Assembly (NCBI GenBank): GCA_964458185.1
Contig: CAYWFG010000008.1
Span: 2,843-66,842 of the forward strand
DNA from: an uncultured Zetaproteobacteria bacterium
Lineage (GTDB): Bacteria > Pseudomonadota > Zetaproteobacteria > Mariprofundales > Mariprofundaceae
Length of the DNA: 64,000 nucleotides
Reading direction: 5' to 3'
Shown: positions 1 to 10,698 of the stretch, in pieces
Layout: each line of letters opens with the position of its first letter
Position numbering within the stretch: position 1 is the stretch's first letter
Position numbers and translations under genes: made by a program
The notes under the pieces: generated by a model
Databases searched by the model: none
Seen by the model: the letters and a program-made list of their open reading frames with translations, nothing else
Told to the model about the DNA's origin: nothing

Positions 1-1
1 T

Positions 2-3000
2 GTGCATACCATTTTGCAGGCTGTTGCTTTGTCTGTGGTGGACTTCCCCCGTATGCGCAAAAAATTACAGCATATTGGTCAAATATTGACGCAACAAAAC
101 CCTATTGAAGGCGCGTTATTAAATTGGATGAATGATGATCATTATATCATTTATGGTATACAATTATCATCTTGGCGAAAAGGGTTAATGCGCCGTTATC
201 CTGTTTTAGACCGAATTATCCCGAACTTACGTAAAGAACTAGCGATTGCCGACCATGCATCATCGGTAGGTTTACAATGGTTATCGTTACCCAGTATGCT
301 CAATCACCTTTATAGCCCTTCGCGCATGGAGGTAGTGCGTATTTCTTGGCATGAGCATGATGTGTTGCAGCAAGCCATCTTGATTGGTCATTTTGCACGC
401 AGCGGTCGATACAGCAATGCGAGTCAGATTCCGCGATTAGAGCAAACATGGCGCACCTTATGCCAATCTAGCATGTTAAAATACTCCAGCTTTTACCGTC
501 GAGAAATTCGTTCGTTGTTTGATCGAATGCCAAAACCTGTATTGCTGGGGGTAGCAGGGCAAGACTGGCTTAAACCATTGAAGGAAATTACTGATTTAAG
601 CAGCCCAACGCAAATGACTATTGCTCGTTTAACGCCTGAATATGGTGCTAGCGAGTTTCTCATGATGGCAATGATGACTGACCGATTTGGCCCTAATATT
701 TTATTGAACCTTCGTGAAACTTTGCAGCATGAAGGGTTGCTTTACCACGACCATATCAGTATCACTATGGGTTCAAAAAAAGTAATTATTGCTGCTGTTA
801 GTGCGAAAACAACATGGCCAAGCATGTCCTTATTGCATGCTCGCTTGCAAAATTGCGTGGTGTTTTGGAAAGACTTAGCAAAACGAAGTATTTTATCACA
901 ACCAGATAAGATAGATGTGCCCAAGGCATTGCATGCATTAGAACTTTTACCACGCTTGTATCAAGAACTTTATCCCCCCGAACAATTTGTGCGTGATCTT
1001 CAGGCGATTGATCGTATTGCCCATCAGCAACGGCGTTCTGTGCGTGTTGCTTTGGAAAAAGAGTTTATTACGGTTCATATTTATAGCCATAGCAATATAC
1101 CCTTGGGTATTTTGATTGAGCGGATTCAAGCATTTGGTTTGCTTGCTGTGCAAGAGTCACTGGTTACTTTCACGCATAGTAATCAGCCGATTGACCTTAT
1201 CAGCTTGCGTTGTACACCGCCATCTAAACTTCGTGTTGAGGCGAAAGAGCGTTTATCGTTTGCCCTTGAATCCGTACTCAATGAAGAAGCAGATCACGAT
1301 GCGCTTAATGCACTATTAATCTCAGCAGGTTTATCTATTTATGATGTGGCAGTATTAATTACATTAAGAAATCATTTGATTCAACTGCTTCCCGATGCAG
1401 CACTTAGCCCGTTATCGAGTATGATGAATCAATACCCTGCGGTTTCGTCACGTTTGTACCGTATGTTTGAATCACTGCACCGCCCTGCCATGCCACAAGC
1501 ATCCAGCCCGCAAAGTTGTTTGAATTTTAAAAAATCAATGCGTGATGTCAGTAGTTTAACCCATGACCGTTGGTTTCGTGCTTTAGAAAGCATGGTTTTA
1601 TCCAGCCTGAGAAGCAATGCTTATCAGCGTGAACTTGCAGAGCCATTGGCGATTAAATTAGATCCTGCTGCCTTAGATTTTATCCCACAGCCTAAACCCT
1701 ACCGTGAAATTTTTGTTCACGGCATTCACGTTGAGGGTGTTCATCTGCGCGCAGGCAGTGTAGCTCGTGGCGGCATCCGTTACTCTGATCGCCCTAATGA
1801 TTTTCGCACGGAAGTGCTAGAGTTAATGGCAACACAAACGGTGAAAAATGGGCAAATTCTGCCTACGGGAGCCAAGGGTGGTTTTGTTATTCGTGGTGAG
1901 TCTATTGATGCAGCTTTTGTGGTGCAACAATACCGCCTTTTTATTCGGGCATTGTTAACATTAACCGATAATCTTGTTGCAGGTGAAGTTGTTCATCCAG
2001 CAGGCATGCGCATTGCCACAATGGATCAATCAGACCCTTATCTGGTGGTTGCCGCCGATAAAGGCACTGCGCGTTTTTCTGATGATGCCAATGATTTAGC
2101 TGCTCAATGCCAATACTGGTTGGATGATGCTTTTGCCAGTGGCGGTCGTTATGGTTATGATCATAAAGTGTTTGGTATTACTGCGCGTGGTGCATGGGAG
2201 TGCGCCAAACAACATTTTCATACCTTAGGGCGGAATGCAGCGATTGACCCGATCAGCGTGGTTGGCATTGGCGATATGGCAGGGGATGTTTTTGGTAATG
2301 GCATGCTATTAAACCCTAATATTCGTTTGATTGCTGCATTTAACCATCGGCATATTTTTTTAGATCCCACCCCTGATACATCACAAGCTTTTACCGAACG
2401 GCAACGTTTATTTCAAGCAGTACAAGGCTGGGATAGCTACCAATCGGACTGTATCAGTAATGGTGGTGGTGTTTTTGATCGATACAGCAAAAAGATTATC
2501 CTGTCTGTCGAGATTTGTGCCGTTTTGGGCATTGATGTTGCTGAGATATCTGGTGAAGCTTTGATTCGAGCGATTCTTAAATCCCCTGTTGATTTGTTGT
2601 ACAATGGTGGCATCGGCACTTACGTGAAAGGCAACCAAGAAACGCATGCCGATGTTCGCGACCCTGCGAATAATAGTGTTCGCGTTAATGGCAGTGAATT
2701 GCGCTGCAGTGTGGTCTGCGAAGGCGGCAACCTTGGTTTTACCCAGCATGCACGCATTGAATACGCACAACATGGTGGTTTGATTTATACCGATGCGATT
2801 GATAACGCTGCTGGTGTCAATATGTCAGATCACGAAGTGAATTTAAAAATTCTTTTTTCAGCGACTGATGCAAGAGATATTGGTGTTGACCGACGCAATC
2901 AGATCCTTGCCAGCGTCGCAGATATCATCACAGAACAATGCTTAGAAGATAACCGAGAGCAAGCAAACGCTATCATGTTGGCACTTGTTAGTGCCAAACA

Positions 3001-4150
3001 TCATTTGCCGCGTTTTATTCGTTTGCGCGAACAATTGGTCAATGATGGTCGCCTTGATTTACGCATTGATGCTGCTATGCATGATGATGCAACATTGTTA
3101 CTAACACCGCAATTGGCTGTCTTGCTAGGGCATGAGAAAAATCGTATTCATGATGCCTTAAATGCCGATTCTTATGCAGAATGGAGCTTGTTTAGCCGTG
3201 GTTTATTGCTGCATTATTTCCCCACTACGATTCGACGGCGTTTTCAAGACCAGATTATGGCGCATCCACTGCGCATCAGTTTGGCCGATACGTGCGTTAG
3301 TAATCATGTATTAAACAACTATGGTCTAACCTGTGTGCATTATGTGCAATCATTGGTTGATACATCAGCAGCTTATGTTTGCGAAGCCTTAATGATTGGT
3401 GAACAATTACTTGGTATGCAGTCTATACAGGATGCAATTCATAAAAGTGATGTGGATGCACAGATGCTCAATAGTATTCAGCATCATATTCAAGAATATC
3501 ATTTGCAATTTGCCGAAGAGTTGTTGCGTCTGTGCGATGTTCGCACGCTGGATGCAGCATGGCTGAAGCGGCAACAACGCAGTCTTCGACAGTTTAAGAA
3601 AACAGAACAAGTCATGGGTGTTGGAAGCAATGAAAACAACTATTTCTTACGCCTGTTACGCCAAGCCTCTAGTGGAGGGCTGGCACAAAAAACGGCAACA
3701 GACTTAGCTACGTTACCTGAATTGGCTCAAATCCCCCCTGCATTGTACCTTAGTCGTGAACATCATCGACCATTAAAACATTGTTTGTATGCCATGCAGG
3801 CAGTACTTCATTTGCTCCCATTCTCTGCTATAGAATCACCCATGCGTGCCTCTAACTGGGGCGAAGGAGAGGTGCATTTATTGCGTTGTGAGTGGTTTCA
3901 TCGTTTGACCCTATTAAAGGCAAAGGCTGGCGCAGAATTACTGATGCAAAAACAAGGGGATTATGTGCAAATAGGCAAAGAACGATGGGAGAAACATCGC
4001 CATTGGGCAAGCCTGCAAACTTTTGCTTATCAATCAACAGAACGAAATAACAACCCAGCAGAAAAAGAAAAAGACCGTACGCATTTGATGCTGATGATGG
4101 CACGATTGGAATCAGTGGTCGAAGAGTCGAAAACGACCCATTCAGGTTAA
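2..4150 (+). CDS. gdhB: NAD-specific glutamate dehydrogenase, large (about 1600-aa class) form; N-terminus cut by window edge
   Basis: 1382-aa frame open to the window edge. Catalytic core RGGIRYSDRPNDFRTEVLELMATQTVKNGQILPTGAKGGFV and VVAADKGTA typical of the large bacterial NAD-GDH family. Confidence 0.85.
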   Translation: MHTILQAVALSVVDFPRMRKKLQHIGQILTQQNPIEGALLNWMNDDHYIIYGIQLSSWRKGLMRRYPVLDRIIPNLRKELAIADHASSVGLQWLSLPSMLNHLYSPSRMEVVRISWHEHDVLQQAILIGHFARSGRYSNASQIPRLEQTWRTLCQSSMLKYSSFYRREIRSLFDRMPKPVLLGVAGQDWLKPLKEITDLSSPTQMTIARLTPEYGASEFLMMAMMTDRFGPNILLNLRETLQHEGLLYHDHISITMGSKKVIIAAVSAKTTWPSMSLLHARLQNCVVFWKDLAKRSILSQPDKIDVPKALHALELLPRLYQELYPPEQFVRDLQAIDRIAHQQRRSVRVALEKEFITVHIYSHSNIPLGILIERIQAFGLLAVQESLVTFTHSNQPIDLISLRCTPPSKLRVEAKERLSFALESVLNEEADHDALNALLISAGLSIYDVAVLITLRNHLIQLLPDAALSPLSSMMNQYPAVSSRLYRMFESLHRPAMPQASSPQSCLNFKKSMRDVSSLTHDRWFRALESMVLSSLRSNAYQRELAEPLAIKLDPAALDFIPQPKPYREIFVHGIHVEGVHLRAGSVARGGIRYSDRPNDFRTEVLELMATQTVKNGQILPTGAKGGFVIRGESIDAAFVVQQYRLFIRALLTLTDNLVAGEVVHPAGMRIATMDQSDPYLVVAADKGTARFSDDANDLAAQCQYWLDDAFASGGRYGYDHKVFGITARGAWECAKQHFHTLGRNAAIDPISVVGIGDMAGDVFGNGMLLNPNIRLIAAFNHRHIFLDPTPDTSQAFTERQRLFQAVQGWDSYQSDCISNGGGVFDRYSKKIILSVEICAVLGIDVAEISGEALIRAILKSPVDLLYNGGIGTYVKGNQETHADVRDPANNSVRVNGSELRCSVVCEGGNLGFTQHARIEYAQHGGLIYTDAIDNAAGVNMSDHEVNLKILFSATDARDIGVDRRNQILASVADIITEQCLEDNREQANAIMLALVSAKHHLPRFIRLREQLVNDGRLDLRIDAAMHDDATLLLTPQLAVLLGHEKNRIHDALNADSYAEWSLFSRGLLLHYFPTTIRRRFQDQIMAHPLRISLADTCVSNHVLNNYGLTCVHYVQSLVDTSAAYVCEALMIGEQLLGMQSIQDAIHKSDVDAQMLNSIQHHIQEYHLQFAEELLRLCDVRTLDAAWLKRQQRSLRQFKKTEQVMGVGSNENNYFLRLLRQASSGGLAQKTATDLATLPELAQIPPALYLSREHHRPLKHCLYAMQAVLHLLPFSAIESPMRASNWGEGEVHLLRCEWFHRLTLLKAKAGAELLMQKQGDYVQIGKERWEKHRHWASLQTFAYQSTERNNNPAEKEKDRTHLMLMMARLESVVEESKTTHSG

Positions 4151-4203
4151 AATCATCTTTTGTTTTCACCATGCGGCGAACTTTAATGCTGTGAGGTAAA
4201 CAC

Positions 4204-5298
4204 ATGAATAAAAAAAGAATGATGGCATTCGTATCTTCGCTGAGTCTCTTAAGTGTATCGTTATTACCCGTTAATCATGCTGAGGCTCGCACACCAACGT
4301 TACAAGAAGCCTACCCTATAACGTTGTTGCTTGCCGATAAAAAACATGAGTTAACCTACCCTTCTATTGCTGGCAATCGGTTAGTTTTTACTGCGCGTCA
4401 TCATGATGCTGGCGATGTGTTTCGCGTGATTGAGTCAACGATTGATCAGCCAAGCATCAAAGGAAAAAGCGTACCAACAGCATTGACTAAAGAGTCTATT
4501 CGTTTTGGTGTCGCCACTGATGCAGGTGTTGGTTATGTTAGCAATCGCATGGGACCTGTTTCTGCTTGGTTATGGCTAAACTCAGGTGATATGCATACCT
4601 CAATAAGCAATTACCTGACTTACCGTGGCGGCTTGATTCCCAATCATTTGAATGCCTCCCCTGATGCACGTTTTTGGTGTTTTGATGCCAGCATGCAAAA
4701 AATCCGTCACAACGAGATGTTGCAAGAGTTTTCCAAAACATTGCATTTTGAATTGCGTGGTCAAATGTGGCGTGTTTATGATTCAAACTTTTACCGTCGT
4801 AAAGATGCCTACCGCGACAATAAAACAGGAACCAAAAATCGTTTCGAGCATCCCTTTTTGTTTATCTTTGATCGCCAAAGTGCAACGCTATCCATGATCC
4901 CTAATGCTTTTAATGGAACTATCTCTGCTGATGGTCAGCGTATTGTGTTTGTCCGTGAAATTGATGGTAATTATGATTTATGGATGCAAAACATGGATGG
5001 TACGGAGCTTACCCGTTTAACCGATACCCCAAATGGCGAATATGAACCTGCATTCAGCCCTGATGGTAGCAAACTGGCGTTTGTCTCCAACCGTGACGCA
5101 GATGGCAGTGTACGCCATACATCGTTGTATGTGATGGAATTATCCAGTGGCAAAAGTATCCGAATTACATTCTCGTCTCGTGCCAGTGATGGTGGTCCTG
5201 CATGGGCAGATGAACATCATCTAATTTTTCATTCTAATCGAAGTGAAAAAGAAGGAAAAACAGTCAACGATTGGCGTTTGTGGACAGTTGCATTTTAA
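4204..5298 (+). CDS. periplasmic TolB-like beta-propeller (PD40-repeat) protein
   Basis: GAGG Shine-Dalgarno before ATG 4204. Signal peptide MNKKRMMAFVSSLSLLSVSLLPVNHAEA. PD40-type repeats (ISADGQRIVFVRE, PAFSPDGSKLAFVSNRD). Confidence 0.6.
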   Translation: MNKKRMMAFVSSLSLLSVSLLPVNHAEARTPTLQEAYPITLLLADKKHELTYPSIAGNRLVFTARHHDAGDVFRVIESTIDQPSIKGKSVPTALTKESIRFGVATDAGVGYVSNRMGPVSAWLWLNSGDMHTSISNYLTYRGGLIPNHLNASPDARFWCFDASMQKIRHNEMLQEFSKTLHFELRGQMWRVYDSNFYRRKDAYRDNKTGTKNRFEHPFLFIFDRQSATLSMIPNAFNGTISADGQRIVFVREIDGNYDLWMQNMDGTELTRLTDTPNGEYEPAFSPDGSKLAFVSNRDADGSVRHTSLYVMELSSGKSIRITFSSRASDGGPAWADEHHLIFHSNRSEKEGKTVNDWRLWTVAF

Positions 5299-5393
5299 GT
5301 ATAATGCGTTATTATGCGCCGCGTTTTTCAGCGGCGTGTTCCAGTTGGAATATATAGCCTCTTTTTACTTTTTGACTCGCATGTGGGGATCCA

Positions 5394-5759
5394 ATGGCTT
5401 TGAACAAAGAGCAGTTGAATGATTTTGAAATACTGCTAAAAAAGTGGCGGGATGAACTTCAAGAAACGCACACCCGAAGCATACAAAATATGCAAGAAGA
5501 CCCTAGCGTATACCCTGATCCCAACGATCAAGCCAGTATTGAAACCGAACGTGATTTTGATATTCGCATCAAAGACCGTGAGCGTCAGTTGATTCGTAAA
5601 ATTGATCAAGCGATGGGACGAGTACGTGAAGGTGAATATGGTATATGCGATAGCTGCGGTGCAGACATTGCTTACAAACGTTTGTTGGCACGCCCTGTCA
5701 CCACGCTATGTATCGAATGCAAAACGGAACAAGAGCAGGGTGAACGCACCCACACCTAG
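5394..5759 (+). CDS. dksA: RNA polymerase-binding transcription factor DksA
   Basis: 121 aa. Coiled-coil N-half plus C4 zinc finger CDSCGADI...CIECK of the DksA/TraR family. Confidence 0.85.
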   Translation: MALNKEQLNDFEILLKKWRDELQETHTRSIQNMQEDPSVYPDPNDQASIETERDFDIRIKDRERQLIRKIDQAMGRVREGEYGICDSCGADIAYKRLLARPVTTLCIECKTEQEQGERTHT

Positions 5760-5769
5760 AAATGAGTGG

Positions 5770-6978
5770 TCAATGACTGACCACCCATTCATCGGCACGC
5801 TTATGGCTTAAAAATTCAATGTTCGACATGCTTAAGCCATAAGCGCCCGCCAAACCAAAAACAGCAATATCACCAATATCAGCATGCTCAATATACACAT
5901 TATTGGCTAATTTATCTGCGCCTGTGCAGAGCGGACCACCAAAATAAACCGACTCTTGATGAATACTTAGCTGTGCATCAAACAATTTTTTCACGCCCCG
6001 TCGAATAATCGTCATTGGGTGATTAATCCCCAGTGCCGCAGGACGACGAAAATGATTGATGCCACCTGCGCAAATCACCTGCTTTTTGCCACGACTTTCT
6101 TTAATATCAATGATTTCTGTGCAAAAGAATCCTGATTCTGCGGTTAAATAACGCCCCAGTTCAAGCACAAAGTGACGACCTTCAAAACCATGGGAGACGA
6201 TCAATGCTTGCAGGCCTTTTGCCCACAATGCGGGGTCAAGATCTTGCCCTCGCTCTAAATAATCAACGCCAAAACCACCACCAAAATCAATAATATCACA
6301 ACAAATATCAGGGTATGATGATTCGATTTCTTGCGTTAGAGAAAAAACCAAGGCGCAGTTTTTTAATAAATCATCCACATTGAGTACACCTGAAGCAGCA
6401 TAGACATGCAAACCACGAAAATTTAGATGAGTAAGCCCTAGCAACAATGGCAATACCGTATGCAATTGTTCTTCATCAACACCAAACTTCCGTGAGCCAC
6501 CAGAGAAGGTAGTTTGTGCCTCGTGAATATCAAAATTAGCATTGATCCGTAACAATACATCTTGCTGTATGCCTGCGCTAGCAGCAATCGTTTCTAGTCG
6601 GTATGCTTCAGTTAATGATTCAATATGAATTGTTTTAATCTGATTTTCCACACACCAATGAAGTTCTTCGACTGTTTTTCCTGGTCCTGTATAAATCAAG
6701 GCATTGGGCAAAAAACCTGCAGCAACGGCACGTTTTGCCTCACCCAAACTTGCAATTTCAATCCCTGCCACACCTGCAGCACGCGCCGTTGCTAAAAAAT
6801 CAGGGTGTGGATTCGCTTTCATGGCATAAAAAACATCAACCCCTGCGGGCATGATGCTACGCAGGCTAGTAATTTTTTGATGCATAGGGGAAAGATCATA
6901 CATATAACCATTCAGGGTCTGATTATCAATTTGTTTTTGCTGGCAAATCGCATGTTCAATATGAGGTAATAGATTCAT
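5770..6978 (-). CDS. PLP-dependent decarboxylase, Orn/DAP/Arg decarboxylase family 2 (substrate not assignable)
   Basis: FYAMKANPHP (PLP-lysine motif), DFGGGFG glycine loop, ELGRY, and GAYG near the C-terminus. Confidence 0.7.
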   Translation of the reverse strand: MNLLPHIEHAICQQKQIDNQTLNGYMYDLSPMHQKITSLRSIMPAGVDVFYAMKANPHPDFLATARAAGVAGIEIASLGEAKRAVAAGFLPNALIYTGPGKTVEELHWCVENQIKTIHIESLTEAYRLETIAASAGIQQDVLLRINANFDIHEAQTTFSGGSRKFGVDEEQLHTVLPLLLGLTHLNFRGLHVYAASGVLNVDDLLKNCALVFSLTQEIESSYPDICCDIIDFGGGFGVDYLERGQDLDPALWAKGLQALIVSHGFEGRHFVLELGRYLTAESGFFCTEIIDIKESRGKKQVICAGGINHFRRPAALGINHPMTIIRRGVKKLFDAQLSIHQESVYFGGPLCTGADKLANNVYIEHADIGDIAVFGLAGAYGLSMSNIEFLSHKRADEWVVSH

Positions 6979-7004
6979 GACTTATAATCAATTATTTGCA
7001 GGAA

Positions 7005-8045
7005 TCAGTGCGGCTGATGCAATAATGCCGACAATGGCACAAATAAATCATCCGCTTCATGAATATGCGCCTTCAAAAAAGCCAAGGTGTTTTTATGCGG
7101 ATGAAAAATAACAATACAGCCCCCTTTTTTGGCAGCGCGTTTCATGATTTTTTTCCACATACGGTTTAATGCTTGAGGAGACGCATCATTATCCAAGAAA
7201 AAACGACGGCTTGCCCACGGAACGCCTGCTTTAGCGGCTTGCACACGGGCAACAGAGTTTGCTGTGGTTAATGAGTCAAGAAAAAACAAACCGTGTTCAC
7301 GATTGATTTTCATCAACCAGCGCATGGCATCAGCTTGCTCGGTGAGCATCGAACCCATGTGATTGCTGATGCCTGTTACATGCGGAATACGTTGCAATGT
7401 TTTGTTGATCATGGCTTTCATTTGCGCTTCGTTCATTTCTGATGTCAGCCCTGTTTTGGTCATCATGGCATCGGCAATATCAGGGTCTTTGGGTTCCATC
7501 GGCATGTGCAGCATCACAGTATGCCCTGCATTGTAGACTTTGTTGGCGGCTGCCACGGCATCAGGGGCATCAGGTAAGATGGAAAATGTTAGTGGAATAC
7601 CATAGCCCAGCATGGTATCCACGGCTTTTGTACCATAACCCACATCGTCCATGATCAAGGCTAAACCATGATCTGCATGGTTGATGGTTGATGACTGTAC
7701 AGGTGTTTGCGTTTGTTCTTCAGCACTGATTTTTACATCATCACTACCCATTGCTGTTGATTGACCACTCATTGCAGACACTTCGGTCGCTGCTTCTGTG
7801 CTGCTTGCTGCAGCATTGTTAGCAGGGGCAGTATAAGAATCAATCGCCGCTTGTTTTTGCGGTGTTGCTGCTTCTGTTGCTGGCGGTGATTTTTTTACCG
7901 CTTGGGTGGTTACCTCACGTAAATACTGTACCTTTTCAGGCATCAAATAAATCACCAAAACAATACCTAGTACAACGGCAATGCCCAATGATACCCATAT
8001 AAGAATGGAGCCACGCTGCCCAATCATGGTCTTTTGTTGTTTCAT
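7005..8045 (-). CDS. divergent polysaccharide deacetylase family protein (YibQ-like), membrane anchored
   Basis: N-terminal TM helix, Ala/Thr/Ser-rich linker, C-terminal domain with NHMGS motif. Sits in the conserved envC-ctp-yibQ neighbourhood. Confidence 0.65.
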   Translation of the reverse strand: MKQQKTMIGQRGSILIWVSLGIAVVLGIVLVIYLMPEKVQYLREVTTQAVKKSPPATEAATPQKQAAIDSYTAPANNAAASSTEAATEVSAMSGQSTAMGSDDVKISAEEQTQTPVQSSTINHADHGLALIMDDVGYGTKAVDTMLGYGIPLTFSILPDAPDAVAAANKVYNAGHTVMLHMPMEPKDPDIADAMMTKTGLTSEMNEAQMKAMINKTLQRIPHVTGISNHMGSMLTEQADAMRWLMKINREHGLFFLDSLTTANSVARVQAAKAGVPWASRRFFLDNDASPQALNRMWKKIMKRAAKKGGCIVIFHPHKNTLAFLKAHIHEADDLFVPLSALLHQPH

Positions 8046-8047
8046 GA

Positions 8048-9412
8048 TTACCCCTCCTCTTTGGCTGCTTTACGCCCACTCAATACATGCATCGCTTTAA
8101 GCACATCCAAGGCACGTTGTAATTGTGTGTCTTTGGGAAGTCTTTTTTGCAATAACTCGGTAAACTTATTGACTTTGTCCGATGGGTGCGATTTAGCCTT
8201 GCTGTGTTTTTCGGGCAACTTGCCATTACCATTTTCTAAATGACCTTTGAGGTCACGCTCAGAGATATTGAATGAGGGTTGTTTTTCTTTGTCTTTAAGG
8301 GTAACACGTTGTTGTTCTACGGTAACATCAGGCTCAATCCCCGTTGCCTGAATAGAGCGACCACTGGGCGTATAATACAATGATGTGGTCAATTTGATTG
8401 CCGTACCATCTGGCAAGGGAATAATTCGTTGCACAGAACCTTTACCAAAGCTTTTAACACCCATAATCAATGCCCGTTGATTGTCTTGCAATGCGCCTGC
8501 TACAATTTCAGATGCTGATGCAGAGCCTTGATTGATCAACACAATCAATGGCTTGCCATGCAAAACATCACCTTTTTCTGCACTGAACGACATATTGCGA
8601 CCGACCCGTGATTTGGTGCTGACAATACCACCATCATCCAAGAAAAGATCACTCACTTCAACGGCTTGATCCAATAAACCACCGGGATTATTACGCAGAT
8701 CAAAAACAACGCCTTCGAGTGGGCCACCATTTTCTTTTTCTAATTCAGCGATTTTTTTCTTTAACTCTTCCCCTGCGCGTTGGCGAAATTGGGTAAGGCG
8801 GAGCCATCCATAATCAGGTGCTAATAGTCCACCTTTTACTGATTGCACTTTGATAATGGCACGAATCAAAGGAATAATTAAGGGTTTGTTCGCTCCTTCA
8901 CGAAAAACCGTCAAGGTGATACTCGTGCCTGGTATACCCCGCATCGTTTTTACCGCTTCTTGCAAAGAAATATCTTTTGCCAAAATGTCATCAATTTTAA
9001 CGATTAAATCACCCGCCTTGACACCTGCTCGCCATGCTGGCGTATCTTCGATAGGGGAAATAATGCGAATACCGCCTTCAGCGGCAGATATTTCAATACC
9101 CAAACCACCAAACTTGCCGTCTGTTTCTACTTGCATTTCTTTGAACATCGCCTTATTCATATAAGTCGAATGAGGGTCAAGGCTGGATAACATCCCTGTT
9201 AGTGCGCCATCAATGAGTTTTTCATCGGTAGACTCTTTAACATAAGCACGTTTAACGGCATCAAGAACCTGCGCAAATTTATCCAGCTGCTCAAAGTCAG
9301 TTGCGGCAGTTGCTTGCTTGTAGCCAACCGATGGATTCCAAGCAATGGTCGCAGCAATTACCACCAATAAACTGGAAAGCAATAATGTCCAACGTGTTTT
9401 ATTTAAGCGCAT
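8048..9412 (-). CDS. ctpA: carboxy-terminal processing protease (peptidase S41) with PDZ domain
   Basis: GGLGIEI PDZ region and LINQGSASASEIVAGALQD catalytic region. AGGAG lies 8 nt before ATG 9412; the ORF track's longer GTG start at 9433 is less likely. Confidence 0.85.
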   Translation of the reverse strand: MRLNKTRWTLLLSSLLVVIAATIAWNPSVGYKQATAATDFEQLDKFAQVLDAVKRAYVKESTDEKLIDGALTGMLSSLDPHSTYMNKAMFKEMQVETDGKFGGLGIEISAAEGGIRIISPIEDTPAWRAGVKAGDLIVKIDDILAKDISLQEAVKTMRGIPGTSITLTVFREGANKPLIIPLIRAIIKVQSVKGGLLAPDYGWLRLTQFRQRAGEELKKKIAELEKENGGPLEGVVFDLRNNPGGLLDQAVEVSDLFLDDGGIVSTKSRVGRNMSFSAEKGDVLHGKPLIVLINQGSASASEIVAGALQDNQRALIMGVKSFGKGSVQRIIPLPDGTAIKLTTSLYYTPSGRSIQATGIEPDVTVEQQRVTLKDKEKQPSFNISERDLKGHLENGNGKLPEKHSKAKSHPSDKVNKFTELLQKRLPKDTQLQRALDVLKAMHVLSGRKAAKEEG

Positions 9413-9444
9413 GGGCTTACTCCTAATCGTCACTTTTTAAACTT

Positions 9445-10698
9445 TTAACCACGACACCATCGTTCGGGGTTGGTTACTTTTCCGTGGTCACGTATTTCAA
9501 AATACAGGCGAACCCGTTCAATCCACCCTGTAGAGCCAGCATCAGTGATGACATCGCCAGCATGAACGCGATTACCAATTTTTTTATACAAGGCATCATT
9601 ATGGGCATAAATACTCATCACACCATCGCTGTGCTCTACAATCATCATCAAACCAAAACCACCAAACCAATCAGCATAACGCACAACACCATTGGCAATA
9701 GCCCTTACTTTTCGACCATTGCGGCTGCTTGATGCTGGTGCAATCAATACCCCTTTAAGTTTCGGACGATTTTGATCCAAACGCGCACCATAATGTGCTA
9801 CTATTTTTCCTCGCAAAGGCCAAGGCACACGACCTCGATGCTTGCGAATATGCCCCTTGATGGTGTATGCCGTTGGGGTAACGGTTTTTCCACCTTGCTT
9901 CGATTTACGCTGAGCTGCACGCTTGCGAGCCAAAGCTTGTTTGGCAATACGGTCTAATAAATGCCTCAAACCTCGTTGTTGTAATGCCAGTGTTGCATCC
10001 CGCGATTTTTTAAGACGCACATCATGACGCACTTTACCTGCCAATGCGCGTTTGGCACGTAACTTTTGTTTAGCTGCGGCTTCAACAACACTTTTTTCTT
10101 TACGCAGTTCGACCAGCAGCAGTTGTTCATCTTTTAAGGCGGCTTCAGAGATTAATAATGTTTTGATGGATTGTTGTAATGTCATCCGATCACGCGCTTG
10201 TCGCTCTAGCACTGCCGTCAACATATATTGGCGGTGGGGTATTTCAGTAACAGGAATCCCTGCTAAAACATCAAGCCAGCTAGGCTCTCGACCTGCTTGC
10301 CGCCACGCTGTTGCAGCCTCTTCCTGCATATTAGACTTAATGTGTGCAATGTTTGATTTTAAATCACCAATCTTCTTTCGCAAGGCTTTGATATTACGAT
10401 TAACAGTGCGCTGTTTATCAAGCACCACCGTTAATTCACGTTTTGCCTTCACCCACGAACGATCCAATGCACGCAAAGCCTTGTTCAATGAACCGAGTTT
10501 ATTTTCTAGCACCCGCCGTGTTTGAGCCAGTTCTTGGCGTTCTTTGTTCAGTTGCTGCAATTCGTGGTTGACATCACGGCTGGCAGCATGACTGATGGTT
10601 GGTGGCATTATTAAGCAGACTAAAAACAAATAAAAGAGTATATTTTTATACTTTACTGTTAAACAATACTGGTGTATGATAAATAAGTATATACTCAT
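9445..10698 (-). CDS. envC: murein hydrolase activator EnvC (coiled coil plus degenerate LytM/M23 domain)
   Basis: Long coiled-coil N-half. C-terminal M23 fold with a degenerate metal site (LYFEIR instead of HxH). ATG 10698 is the only Met that provides a signal-like N-terminus. Confidence 0.8.
   Translation of the reverse strand: MSIYLFIIHQYCLTVKYKNILFYLFLVCLIMPPTISHAASRDVNHELQQLNKERQELAQTRRVLENKLGSLNKALRALDRSWVKAKRELTVVLDKQRTVNRNIKALRKKIGDLKSNIAHIKSNMQEEAATAWRQAGREPSWLDVLAGIPVTEIPHRQYMLTAVLERQARDRMTLQQSIKTLLISEAALKDEQLLLVELRKEKSVVEAAAKQKLRAKRALAGKVRHDVRLKKSRDATLALQQRGLRHLLDRIAKQALARKRAAQRKSKQGGKTVTPTAYTIKGHIRKHRGRVPWPLRGKIVAHYGARLDQNRPKLKGVLIAPASSSRNGRKVRAIANGVVRYADWFGGFGLMMIVEHSDGVMSIYAHNDALYKKIGNRVHAGDVITDAGSTGWIERVRLYFEIRDHGKVTNPERWCRG

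Noticed and set aside
5757-5772. The 10-nt gap between the convergent dksA and decarboxylase stops as a shared terminator
   Set aside because: No stem-loop can be drawn in or around the gap.
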